This document shows positions 23,407-32,815 of a DNA stretch of 64,000 nt, piece by piece. The stretch comes from Polyangiaceae bacterium. Its GTDB lineage: Bacteria; Myxococcota_A; Polyangia; Polyangiales; Polyangiaceae. Location of the stretch: the NCBI GenBank assembly GCA_044376115.1, contig JBILLK010000011.1:128001-192000 (forward strand). The letters run 5' to 3'. Position 1 is the first letter of the stretch. Every line of letters starts with the position of its first letter. Below the pieces are notes generated by a model that saw only the letters and a program-made list of their open reading frames with translations, ran no database searches and was not told the origin of the DNA. Position numbers and translations under genes: made by a program.

Positions 23407-24741
23407 ATGCCGCGCAAAACAGCCGCCGGGGCCGACGAGGACGCAAACGTTCCGCGCCCGACACTCCCGCCCGCTCCGCGCCAAAACCTGCCTCCTACTG
23501 CGACGCGTGCTTCCATTCCGCCGATTTCGCCAAGTCGGGCCTCAATCCCAGCGCCGCCACCAAGCCGGGTCTCGGTTGCAGCACCGCCTCCGCGGGCTTC
23601 GGTCTTCCCCTCCGCTACCCTTCCGCCTCGACGCGGCCGACCCAAAGGGTCGTTTACCCAGGCGCGCCGGCTTGAGACGTTGCGCGCGCTGCTGGTGCGA
23701 CACCCGAAGGGGTTGAGCCTGTACGACCTCGCGCGCGAACTCAACGTTACCCCGCGTTCGATGCGGCGCTACCTCGACGAGGTCAAGCGTGAGATCGATC
23801 TCGTGTCTCATCGCGTGCGGCCAGGCGGCCAGTCGCTTTGGCGTTTGGCGCCGGGCGAGGCCATCCGCAAAGTGGAGGTTCGACGAACGCAGGCCTATGC
23901 GCTCCTCGCCGCACGACGCCTATTCGAGCCGATGAAAGGTTCGGCCTTGTACGAAGAGATCTCGATGGCCAGCGAGAAGCTACTCACCGTCGCCAAGCGC
24001 CCTGGTCGCGGACCGAACGCAGGCTTGGCCGACGCTCGCTTGGAGGAGCGCTTCTTGTACTTACCGTTTGCGCCGAAGGACTACGGCTCACGCACCGAAG
24101 AACTCGACGATGTGTTCCAGGCCGTCGCCGATTTGCGCCCGCTACAGTGTCGCTATCGGCGTAACCGCGACGGTAAGGAGGAGCGCATCGTCATTCACCC
24201 CTATGCGATGGTGCTCTACAAGGACGCGATCTACTGCGTCGGTTTGCACGTCGCCAAGGAAGAGGTCCGCACCTTCCTGCTCGACCGTATGCGCGACACC
24301 GATTGCTCGATCGAAGGGCGCTTCGAACTCCCCGATGACTTTCGTATCGAGGACTACTTCCAAGGGCAGTTCGGTATCTGGCATGGCGGTGAGCCTCAAC
24401 GCGTGGTGATCGACTTTGACGCGCGCGTGCGCGAGTACGTCGAGACACGTCGCATTCATCCGAGCCAAGAGATCTCCGTTCAAGAAGACGGCAGTGTGCG
24501 CCTCTCGATGACCATCGGCGATCTGACCGAGGTTACGACCTGGGTGCTGGGGTTCGGTGAGACGGCGAACGTGGTTGAGCCCGAGTCGCTTCGTCAGCGC
24601 GTGCGCAGCGAGCTTGAGAACGCTCTCAAGCGATATGGCCTGGGTCCTACAAACCCGGCTCCGGCGCCCCTCTCGGACCCCGCAAAGGCGCCTGTGAAGT
24701 CGAAGTCGCGGGCAAAAAAGCAAACGACCTCCCAACACTGA
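23407..24741 (+). CDS. WYL-domain transcriptional regulator (HTH-WYL-WCX) with Pro-rich N-terminus
   Basis: HTH LYDLARELNVTPRSMRRYL. WYL region HPYAMVLYKDAIYCVG...RTFLLDRM. WCX-like WVLGFGETANVVEPESLRQRV. Confidence 0.92.
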   Translation: MPRKTAAGADEDANVPRPTLPPAPRQNLPPTATRASIPPISPSRASIPAPPPSRVSVAAPPPRASVFPSATLPPRRGRPKGSFTQARRLETLRALLVRHPKGLSLYDLARELNVTPRSMRRYLDEVKREIDLVSHRVRPGGQSLWRLAPGEAIRKVEVRRTQAYALLAARRLFEPMKGSALYEEISMASEKLLTVAKRPGRGPNAGLADARLEERFLYLPFAPKDYGSRTEELDDVFQAVADLRPLQCRYRRNRDGKEERIVIHPYAMVLYKDAIYCVGLHVAKEEVRTFLLDRMRDTDCSIEGRFELPDDFRIEDYFQGQFGIWHGGEPQRVVIDFDARVREYVETRRIHPSQEISVQEDGSVRLSMTIGDLTEVTTWVLGFGETANVVEPESLRQRVRSELENALKRYGLGPTNPAPAPLSDPAKAPVKSKSRAKKQTTSQH

Positions 24742-24774
24742 GTCGGGAGGTCGCGCCGTCGAGGTGAAGATTCG

Positions 24775-26154
24775 CTACCGAACCGCTTGCAGAGCTTCTT
24801 CCACCATCGCTTCGTGCTCCTTCGGATCGGCCCAGCGCTGCCGGCCCTCTTCGGGTAGCTGATTGACCGGATCGAAGTATAGAAACGGCTGACCGGGCTT
24901 CACGCTGGGCGCCTTGTATACGGACACTCCAGTGGTCCGGTTGTAGTACTCGTACGAGTGGCAAACCCGCTTGCCACCGCCGCCAGGCGCGTCCACGACG
25001 AAGGTCGGCGTGTTGAAGCCAGCGGTACTGCCGCGCACGTACTTCTCGATGTCGATGGCCGTTTGAACGGTGGTTCTCAGCTCCTCGGCGCCCTTCACCA
25101 TGTCGTGCACGTAGACGTAGTAGGGATGCACATGGATGTGCCCGAGGCGACGCACCAAGAGCTTCATCGTCTCGCGTGAGTCATTCACGTTGCGGATCAT
25201 GACGGACTGGTTGCGCACGGTGATGCCGCGCTCGAACAGCCGCAGCATCGCATCTCGCGTGATGCCGGTGACCTCGTTGGGGTGGTTGAAGTGGGTGTGC
25301 AAGACCACCTCCTTGTGCAACTTCCTTCCGAGTTCCACCACCCAGGTGACGGCGTCGAGCCAATCGTGGTCGGTCAGGATCTTCTGCGGCATGACCGCCG
25401 GGCCCTTGGTCGCGATACGAATGCGCCGAATGTTGTCCATCCGTACCAGCGTCTCGCCGATAAATCGGAGTTGCTCCGGCCGCAGCTGGTAGGCGTCTCC
25501 GCCGGAGACCACGATGTCTTCGAGCTCCGGCCGCTCCGAGATGTATTGGAAGGCCTTCGCCCAGCGTTCTACGTCCACTCGGAGGTGAACTTTGTCGACC
25601 AGCTCGGTGTCGTTGCCGACCGCGTAGGAACGCGTACAGAAGCGGCAATACACAGGACACGTATCGAGCGGGAGAAACAGCGCCTTGTCGGCGTAGCGAT
25701 GGGTGAGGCCGGGAACAGGCGCGTCTTCCTGCTCGTGCAGCGAATCCAGGCCCAGCTTGGGATGGTCCGGCAACATGCGCGAGGCGATCGGGATGAACTG
25801 AATCCGCAGCGGATCTTCCTCGGGGTTGTTCCAATCGATCAGGCTCATCAGATAGGGCGAAACGCGCACGCTCATCGGCGCTCGCGAAAAGCCCTCGGTT
25901 GCGTCTTTGATGAACTCTGGTGAGGCGATCCCAGCCAGGGTCTCGAGCAGTTTGTCAGGCCGTGTGATGGACTTCTTGGCCTGCCAGTTGTGGTCCATGA
26001 ACTGCTCGTCAGTCACGTCCTTGTAGGCCGGAATGCGCCGCCAATCCGGCCTCTCGAGCAGCGTGCGATGGGCAAGCTCCTCGGCTGCAACCGGGGGCTT
26101 CTTGTGGGCGGGGACCTGAGCTTCGGAGACGTTGAGAACGGGGAGACTCGCCAT
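24775..26154 (-). CDS. kamA: KamA-family radical SAM enzyme (lysine 2,3-aminomutase-like)
   Basis: GLTHRY, CPVYCRFCTR, SGGD, HFNHPNE, DAPGGGGK (PLP-lysine motif). Confidence 0.88.
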   Translation of the reverse strand: MASLPVLNVSEAQVPAHKKPPVAAEELAHRTLLERPDWRRIPAYKDVTDEQFMDHNWQAKKSITRPDKLLETLAGIASPEFIKDATEGFSRAPMSVRVSPYLMSLIDWNNPEEDPLRIQFIPIASRMLPDHPKLGLDSLHEQEDAPVPGLTHRYADKALFLPLDTCPVYCRFCTRSYAVGNDTELVDKVHLRVDVERWAKAFQYISERPELEDIVVSGGDAYQLRPEQLRFIGETLVRMDNIRRIRIATKGPAVMPQKILTDHDWLDAVTWVVELGRKLHKEVVLHTHFNHPNEVTGITRDAMLRLFERGITVRNQSVMIRNVNDSRETMKLLVRRLGHIHVHPYYVYVHDMVKGAEELRTTVQTAIDIEKYVRGSTAGFNTPTFVVDAPGGGGKRVCHSYEYYNRTTGVSVYKAPSVKPGQPFLYFDPVNQLPEEGRQRWADPKEHEAMVEEALQAVR

Positions 26155-26175
26155 GGGTGACCTAAACGGACTCTG

Positions 26176-26892
26176 TCAAAAGTCGGTACGGGGGGGAACT
26201 CGAATCATTGATGCCGCGTTGACATCGGCCGTCGAGCGATAAGCGCTGTAGTAGGTACGCACACGCACGACGTAATCACGCGTCTCAGGGTAGTTCGGAA
26301 TGCCTTTGGCTCGCTCGACTGCGCCTTCCCCGGCGTTGTAGGCGGCGATCGTCAGGTCGAGGTCACCGTTGAATAGGTTCGCCAAAATGCGCAAGTAGCG
26401 CACCCCGCCGAAGATGTTTTCGCGCGGGTCGAAGGCGTCCCTTACCTGCATGCGCGTAGCGGTCTCGGGCATCAGCTGCATCAAGCCCATCGCTCCGGCG
26501 CTGGATACGGCTCGGGGATCGTAGTCGCTCTCGACCTTGATAACGGCCCGGACGAACTCCTCCGGCAGTTGGTAGAGCGTTGCGGCTTGGCGTATCCACT
26601 TGTCGTAACGCGTGAAGCGCTCAGGGGAGCGGTCGCTCGGCGGAACTGGAGTGCCGGTGAACTTGGTCCCCTTGCTGCGTTTGGACGTGCTCTTGACGTA
26701 CAGCTCGAAGCGCGAATCCCCTTTCGGGTTGGTCGCGAAGTGAACGATGCCGTCCTTGTCCACGTAGCTGTAGATGTCAGCGTCGGCGGAGCCGGGAACC
26801 GAGAGTCCCAGGCCAAGCAGCACACCCATCGCTGCGAAGCAGGCGTAAGGCCGAACCACTGAATTCTGGCGGTGCGTAGAGCGACTTTGCAT
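26176..26892 (-). CDS. Lytic transglycosylase (SLT domain) with N-terminal DUF4124-like segment
   Basis: IYSYVDKDGIVHF, AVIKVES, GAMGLMQLMP, AAYNAGEG, ETRDYV. Confidence 0.93.
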   Translation of the reverse strand: MQSRSTHRQNSVVRPYACFAAMGVLLGLGLSVPGSADADIYSYVDKDGIVHFATNPKGDSRFELYVKSTSKRSKGTKFTGTPVPPSDRSPERFTRYDKWIRQAATLYQLPEEFVRAVIKVESDYDPRAVSSAGAMGLMQLMPETATRMQVRDAFDPRENIFGGVRYLRILANLFNGDLDLTIAAYNAGEGAVERAKGIPNYPETRDYVVRVRTYYSAYRSTADVNAASMIRVPPRTDF

Positions 26893-26952
26893 CGGCTAGG
26901 GCAGCGTAGCTGAGCCAGCGAGGCAACGCGAATTCTCCTGCCACCAACCCCC

Positions 26953-27930
26953 TCAGGGGGGATAGAAGACGGTCGGTAGACCCTCTTTTGCGGAGATCGC
27001 CAGGAAGTCCATCAGGATGGCCACGGTGACGTGCACCAGGAAGCCGGCGTAGATGCTCTTGGTCCGCATCGAGAGCGAGCCAAGCGCGATGCCGGCAATC
27101 ACCGCTCCGCAGGTCTCGAGGTAGGGTTTGCCGAAGTGAATCATGCAGTAGGGAACGGCCATCGCGAAGATGGCTCCCGAGCCGAGACTGCGCCTCAGCC
27201 CGTTGAGCCAGAACCCTCGAAAGAAGATTTCCAGTCCCAAGAACTGCAAGATGTACTGGGACTCCCACGCGATCAGGTCCACCCACGAGCGCGAGCACTT
27301 CTTGTAGAACGGGTAGTAGTTCCCGAAGTCGGGCTCGCTCGCCACCATGAACACCGCGGGGATCACCGCACCCAAACACAAAAGGTAGATCCACGCGTGG
27401 CTCAGAAAGCCTTTCCCGCGCAGCCCCATGTCGAGGAGCGAGTCCTTCGGAAAGGCAATTTTCCAAACCGTGAAGGGGAAGATTGTGTAGCCAAAGACGC
27501 GGGTGAAGACCCACCAGGAGAGGCTGTACAGATCTCCGTACTGCTTCATCGAGACGTGTTGCCCTAGGCCGAAGGGCAGCATCGCGGGGTTCTGCTCGAC
27601 TTCACGCAACCACGGCTTGACGTGGGCGTTGTAGAAATCCCGGTCGTAGTACCACTGCAACGTGAGGATGACGGCCGTGGTTACGAACAAGACGAGGGGG
27701 CGTTTGTCGAGCTCCCCGCGTGCCAAGGTCTCACGTTGGTGCTCGAGCGCTTCAACATCGAGTTCACGCCACGTTCTTCGGAAGACGAAGTAGACGAGCG
27801 GCAACACCAGCAGATAGCCGATGTAAGGCGCCACCATCATCAGCAGCGTCTGCCAAACTGCAGGCGCCGGCTTTGGGGCGGGCGCGCCTGGAGCGAGGCC
27901 CGCCGACGCGAGCAGGACCGCAAACTCCAT
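26953..27930 (-). CDS. CPBP (CAAX/Abi) family intramembrane glutamic protease
   Basis: Multi-TM protein with EIFFRG, IHFGKP..E and LVHV motifs. Confidence 0.88.
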   Translation of the reverse strand: MEFAVLLASAGLAPGAPAPKPAPAVWQTLLMMVAPYIGYLLVLPLVYFVFRRTWRELDVEALEHQRETLARGELDKRPLVLFVTTAVILTLQWYYDRDFYNAHVKPWLREVEQNPAMLPFGLGQHVSMKQYGDLYSLSWWVFTRVFGYTIFPFTVWKIAFPKDSLLDMGLRGKGFLSHAWIYLLCLGAVIPAVFMVASEPDFGNYYPFYKKCSRSWVDLIAWESQYILQFLGLEIFFRGFWLNGLRRSLGSGAIFAMAVPYCMIHFGKPYLETCGAVIAGIALGSLSMRTKSIYAGFLVHVTVAILMDFLAISAKEGLPTVFYPP

Positions 27931-27932
27931 GG

Positions 27933-29390
27933 TCAGCTTTGTGCCTTCGCACCCTCGGCGCTCTGCGCAAGCGTGGCGGCTTTGCGCAGACGGGCAACCG
28001 AACGGCGCGCGCCGAGTAACACGGCCACCTCAAACAATCCTGGGGAGGCCGATCGCCCCGTGAGTGCGACCCGCATCGGTTGCGCGAGCACCTTCATCTC
28101 CAGGCCCAGTTCGCCGAGGAGTTGCTGAAAAGCCGACTCGAGCGCTGCGGGGGTGAAGTCAGTTGCCTTCTCAAGCATGTCGGCCACCGCGTTGAGCGGA
28201 GCGGCCACTGCCTGCACCAGGAACTTCGCGCGAGCCTTCTCGTCGAAGACGGGCTCTTCACGGAAGAAGTAGTCCATCAGCTCGGCGGCGTTCGCCCAGT
28301 TCTGCCCGCGTTCGCGGACCAGCGGCAACGCACGTTGTGCAAGTTCGCGGTCGAACTGGAGCCCGCGCGCCTCGACGAATCCCTTGAGGGCGTTGAGGTA
28401 GGCGTCATCCGAGAGCCGCGCACTGCTCTTCATGTGCTCGAAGGTAACGGCGGCGAACTTCTTCTGGTCAAACTTGCCGTCTCCTCGGCCACAGCGTTCC
28501 CAGTCGAACTTCTGCACCAAATCGTCGAGCGAGAAGATCTCTTCGTCCCCGAACGACCAGCCGAAACGAGAGAGGTAGTTGAGCAAGGCGTGGGGCGGGA
28601 TGCCGGTGTTCTGGTACTCGCCGACGCTGACCGCTCCGTGCCGCTTCGACAGCTTTGCGCCATCAGCGCCAAGCATCATCGGTAGGTGTGCAAATTGCGG
28701 AAGTTGGGCGCCGAAGGCTTGGTACAGCAGGATTTGTGGCGGCGTGTTGATCATGTGATCGCGGCCACGCGCGACCAGGGTGATGCCCATGCTGATGTCG
28801 TCGACGACGGCGCCGAAGTTGTAGAGCGGGACGCCGTCCGAGCGCACGAGCACAAAGTCCTGGTGCGTGTTGTTCGGTGTGGTGACCTCGCCAAAAACTA
28901 GATCTTGGTAGGTGATTGCCCCTTCCGAGGGGACCTTCATACGCACGACGAAGGGCTTGTCACCCGGCTTGTGGTCCTTGTCGCGACAGGTGCCCGGATA
29001 GCGGAACTGCGCCTTGGGATCCTTGGCGGTGATCTCGGCGCGCGCCTTCTCCAGATCTTCCTTGGTGCAGGTGCAGCGGTAGGCCAGCCCTTGATCGATC
29101 AGCCGGCGAGCATACTCGTCGTAAAGGGCGAGCCGCTCCATTTGCCGGTACGGGCCGAAGGCTCCGCCGATGTCCGGACCTTCGCCCCAATCGAGCCCAA
29201 GCCAGCGCAGGCTCTCCAGAATGATCTGCTCGTTCTCCGGCGTACTGCGGGCCTGATCCGTGTCCTCGATGCGCAGAACGAAGGTTCCCCCCATCTTCTT
29301 CGCCCAGAGCCAATTGAAGAGCGCAGTGCGAACTCCGCCAATGTGGAGGTAGCCTGTGGGGGAGGGTGCAAACCGCACGCGGACAGTCAT
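27933..29390 (-). CDS. gltX: Glutamate--tRNA ligase
   Basis: RFAPSPTGYLHIGG, LRIEDTD, KLSKRHG, C-terminal RVALTG...SPG. Confidence 0.97.
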   Translation of the reverse strand: MTVRVRFAPSPTGYLHIGGVRTALFNWLWAKKMGGTFVLRIEDTDQARSTPENEQIILESLRWLGLDWGEGPDIGGAFGPYRQMERLALYDEYARRLIDQGLAYRCTCTKEDLEKARAEITAKDPKAQFRYPGTCRDKDHKPGDKPFVVRMKVPSEGAITYQDLVFGEVTTPNNTHQDFVLVRSDGVPLYNFGAVVDDISMGITLVARGRDHMINTPPQILLYQAFGAQLPQFAHLPMMLGADGAKLSKRHGAVSVGEYQNTGIPPHALLNYLSRFGWSFGDEEIFSLDDLVQKFDWERCGRGDGKFDQKKFAAVTFEHMKSSARLSDDAYLNALKGFVEARGLQFDRELAQRALPLVRERGQNWANAAELMDYFFREEPVFDEKARAKFLVQAVAAPLNAVADMLEKATDFTPAALESAFQQLLGELGLEMKVLAQPMRVALTGRSASPGLFEVAVLLGARRSVARLRKAATLAQSAEGAKAQS

Positions 29391-29565
29391 GTTGCGTCTC
29401 TACCACAGACCAAGCTCGTTTTTCGGCCTCGAATGAGTCCAAGGCTTGGTTTGCGTGCGCACGTCTGCTAAGTCTGCCGCCCTCGATTTTGCGGAGCTTA
29501 CGCCGAGCGAATCGAGACCAACCATCGCCGCACGAGTGAACTCGTGCACCTTTAGGGAGATCCCA

Positions 29566-30078
29566 ATGGCCAAGTCCGAAAAGCCCGCAGCAGAAGCCGC
29601 CACCAAAACCCCGTCCAAGGCCCCGCCGGCCCGCACGCGAACGCGCGCCAAGTCGGCCACGGCGCACAAAGCTGCGCCCAAGGTCAAGAAAATCGAGAAG
29701 GCCAACCGCGTCTCGCCGCTCGGCCGCGTCAAAGACAAGTTCCAGAGCAAGCAGGCCCTCGTTGACGCTGTCGCAGCGCTCGCCGGCGCTGACCTTTGGG
29801 TTCCGCGAACCAGCGTCGAGCGCAACGCCGAGAGCGAAGACGCGAAGAACACCGTCTCCGGTCTCAAGCTGGTCTCCAACGCCAAGCTCCTTCGCCTTCA
29901 CGCCGTACTCAGCGCAGTGAAGGAAAAGTTTGGCACCCGTGACAAGCTGATCGGCGCCATTCTCGAGCTCGAGAAGCGCACCAAGGATGAGGGCTACAAG
30001 AGCCGCCTCTCGGCTTACCCGGTTCCCCGCCTGTTCGACTACTACAAGGCAGCGCAAAAGCGCGTAGGAACGAAGTGA
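29566..30078 (+). CDS. Hypothetical basic Lys/Ala-rich protein
   Basis: AGGGAG RBS and strongly biased codons. Lys/Ala-rich N-terminal tail; two similar VK(D/E)KF...K..L segments. Confidence 0.8.
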   Translation: MAKSEKPAAEAATKTPSKAPPARTRTRAKSATAHKAAPKVKKIEKANRVSPLGRVKDKFQSKQALVDAVAALAGADLWVPRTSVERNAESEDAKNTVSGLKLVSNAKLLRLHAVLSAVKEKFGTRDKLIGAILELEKRTKDEGYKSRLSAYPVPRLFDYYKAAQKRVGTK

Positions 30079-30776
30079 CGCGAAGGGGCCCGCGCCGACC
30101 CGGCTGGGCCCGACAAGTCTTGCTGGTGGCGAAAAAGGACCTCCTGATCGAGGTCGCCACCGGCGAGATCGTCACCACCGCTGGTTTCTTCGCGGTGCTA
30201 GTGGCAGTGATTTCGTCACTGTCTTTTTTTGCGGGTAAAGACTCAATGCGGGACGTCGCTCCCGGGGTGATTTGGGTCTCTATTGCCTTTGCCTCGGTGC
30301 TCGCGCTGTCACGCACGTGGCAACGGGAGCGGGACGAGAACGCGATCCGTGGGCTCTTGGTCGCACCCCTCTCGCGCAGCGCGATCTTCGTTGGGAAGGC
30401 GCTGGGTGTTGGGGCTTTCGTAACGGTCGTCGAGCTGATCGTCGTGCCAGTGACGGCCGTCTTGTTTCGCATCGATCTGACGGCGCACGGCCCGCTGCTG
30501 ATGGCTTTGCTGTTCACGGCCACGCCCGGTATCGCCGCAAGCGGCACGCTCTTTGGCGCCATGACGATTCGCACTCGGGCCCGTGATCTGGTGCTCGCCA
30601 CGGTGATGTTTCCGCTACTTTCTCCGAGTATTCTCGCGGGCGTTGCGGGTACGCGCGCACTGTTTTTGGGCGCCACTGCCGGCGAGCTCGGCGACTACTT
30701 CGCGTTACTGGGGATGTTCGGCTTCATTTTCGTCGCCGGCGGACTTGGGTTGTTCGAGTCGGTGGTGGACGGCTAG
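30075..30776 (+). CDS. ccmB: Heme exporter protein B (cytochrome c maturation)
   Basis: KDLLIE, PGVIWV..AFA..L.L.R.W.RE, R..IFVGK, GTLFGAM...R.RDLVL...FPL. Confidence 0.88.
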   Translation: MTRRGPRRPGWARQVLLVAKKDLLIEVATGEIVTTAGFFAVLVAVISSLSFFAGKDSMRDVAPGVIWVSIAFASVLALSRTWQRERDENAIRGLLVAPLSRSAIFVGKALGVGAFVTVVELIVVPVTAVLFRIDLTAHGPLLMALLFTATPGIAASGTLFGAMTIRTRARDLVLATVMFPLLSPSILAGVAGTRALFLGATAGELGDYFALLGMFGFIFVAGGLGLFESVVDG

Positions 30777-30807
30777 CCAGCGAGCCGAAGTCGACGGCGT
30801 ACGCAGT

Positions 30808-32100
30808 CTACGGCGTACCCTTGAAGGTTGCTGCTAGGGCGCGAGCGAGCCGACCAGCTTGTTGCCGAATGAGCTCGTCGTCGAACGGGCTCCCGGTGCA
30901 CTCCCCGAGTGCCCACAACCCGTTCGGGTAGTGAAAGTGCGCATCCTCGCTGAGGCGTGCGCGGCCGTCGGCGTCGACATCGATCGCAAAGCCGCCAGGG
31001 CATCGTTTGGTTGCGGCCCCGGCTTGTGCGCCCAACTCGAACGATGGGCTGGCTGCAAGCTCGACGCAAACCAGCACCGCGTCGAGCGTTTCTCCGTGTT
31101 TGAGCCGCACGCCTTTCACCTCCGATGAGCCAAGCACCGCGTCGAGCTCCTCCTCGGAGATTTGGCGAATCGATTGCTTGCCCAGCTCTGCTCGCAGCGC
31201 GTCCGACCAGGGCCCACCGCCGACGATCACCACGGGGCCATCTGCGACCACACCAAAGCTGGCGAGCCTCACCGCCGCGCGTGAACTCATCACGCCAGGT
31301 AAGTCGTTGCCTTCCGTGCAAAGCACGCCGTCATGCGCCCCTGTCGCGAACACGAGGGCGCTCGCACGGATCAGCTCGGCGCCACTCGAACTACCGGTCG
31401 CTGTGTGCACATCCACGAGCACCGTGTCATCGAACACGCCGACGGCAGTTCCACGAAGATGGTGCGGCGCGACGCGGTCACACAGCTCTTGCGTAGTCGT
31501 CCGAAGCGATTCGATTGAACCGGGGAATTCGGCCAGCTGACCTCCCTCGTCCAGGACCTTGACGCTCAGCCCACGAGACAGGAGCTCCGCCGTTACGGCG
31601 GCGCCAGCAAGCCCCCCACCGAGCACAAGCACCTGGACCTCGCTTTGGGTGCACGCTTTGGCGGCTTCTACCTGATCTGGCAGCCGCCCGATCCCTGCCA
31701 TCTGCCGTGCGAATGTTTGCATGACGGAACCCGCACCTGGAATGCCGGCCAGCAGATGGTGATGGTCAATCCCGTTCGGAAAGAACCAGTCGGTGAGACG
31801 CATCAGGTCCCGTTGCCGTGAACCAAGAACGTTTTGTGCGAGAACGGTCTCACCGCCGGTGCAGCGGCGCCGACACAACATCACGTTGGGCACGCCGTCG
31901 ACCCGGGCGATGCAGCCGTCGCAGTCGCCTCGAAAGCAGGCCGCTCCGCGCGGTCTGTGCAACTTCGGACTGCGCGCGAGGATCTTCTCGCCGGCGGCCA
32001 AGAAAGCAGCCGCGAGCGGCTCGCCGCGCTCAGCGGGAAGCTCGCGCCCGTCGAGCGAAACCATGACCTTGTCTTGAAGTTCCCGCCTTCGGGTGAACAT
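30808..32100 (-). CDS. 2Fe-2S/FAD oxidoreductase, sarcosine oxidase alpha-subunit-like
   Basis: RS.KLHRPRG..CFRGDCDGC..VDGVPNV.LC, GGGLAG, ATGA....GNDLPGV. Confidence 0.85.
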   Translation of the reverse strand: MFTRRRELQDKVMVSLDGRELPAERGEPLAAAFLAAGEKILARSPKLHRPRGAACFRGDCDGCIARVDGVPNVMLCRRRCTGGETVLAQNVLGSRQRDLMRLTDWFFPNGIDHHHLLAGIPGAGSVMQTFARQMAGIGRLPDQVEAAKACTQSEVQVLVLGGGLAGAAVTAELLSRGLSVKVLDEGGQLAEFPGSIESLRTTTQELCDRVAPHHLRGTAVGVFDDTVLVDVHTATGSSSGAELIRASALVFATGAHDGVLCTEGNDLPGVMSSRAAVRLASFGVVADGPVVIVGGGPWSDALRAELGKQSIRQISEEELDAVLGSSEVKGVRLKHGETLDAVLVCVELAASPSFELGAQAGAATKRCPGGFAIDVDADGRARLSEDAHFHYPNGLWALGECTGSPFDDELIRQQAGRLARALAATFKGTP

Positions 32101-32185
32101 CCCGGGAGCGTAGACCAACCAGCTGGCGTGCGCTGCTGTTCGGTGGTCGGTTGCTCTTTGGCGCTTGTGTTAAGCTGCCGCCCCA

Positions 32186-32815
32186 ATGCGGCTCGGTGTA
32201 ATCGGCACGTTGAAAGGCGAGTTCTCGGCGCTCGCAAGCGCAGCGAGCGTTCTCGTGGACAAGGGCCGAGTCGACCGCGTGCTCTATCTGGGTAAAGACG
32301 ATGCGTTGGATCGGGTCGTGGCCGCTTGGGCAACGGAGATCGTGGGCTTCAATCCTTCGCAAGAAGCGCTCTTTGCCAGAGCTACCCGCGCTTGCGCGAA
32401 CGCATCGTTCGACGAGATCCACCACTTCGTCGAGTCGGAGCGGGCGCGCAGACGGCTGCGGGTATTCACCTCGTTACCGTTGCCACCGGGGCGCACGATC
32501 GAGATCCTCGATGGGCGCGTCGCCGTGTTTGTTTATGACAAGGGTTCACTCGATGCTGACGATATCGCGGGCGCATCGATCCTCGTCTTCGGTCGCGCGG
32601 ATGCGCCGATCGTTCATCGCGTCGGCTCTCGGGCCTTCGTGAGCCCGGGCCCTCTCCGCTTGCCCGATTGTTCTGGAATGGCTGTGCTTGACGACGACGC
32701 CTCCGGAACGATCCTCGTCGAGTTCCTCGCGCAGGATGGGACGGTGCAAAAGGTTGAGCGGCTCGATGGCAAGGCTGCGGCTGGCAAGCTCAAGGTGCAA
32801 GCCGGGGTTGAATGA
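32186..32815 (+). CDS. Hypothetical protein, possibly a degenerate calcineurin-like metallophosphoesterase fold
   Basis: MRLGVIG...VLYLG.D...ILVFG...FVSPG spacing. Stop overlaps the nadD start (ATGA). Confidence 0.65.
   Translation: MRLGVIGTLKGEFSALASAASVLVDKGRVDRVLYLGKDDALDRVVAAWATEIVGFNPSQEALFARATRACANASFDEIHHFVESERARRRLRVFTSLPLPPGRTIEILDGRVAVFVYDKGSLDADDIAGASILVFGRADAPIVHRVGSRAFVSPGPLRLPDCSGMAVLDDDASGTILVEFLAQDGTVQKVERLDGKAAAGKLKVQAGVE

Noticed and set aside
28960..30057. 365-aa minus-strand ORF
   Set aside because: It overlaps gltX out of frame and is antisense to the well-supported basic protein gene.
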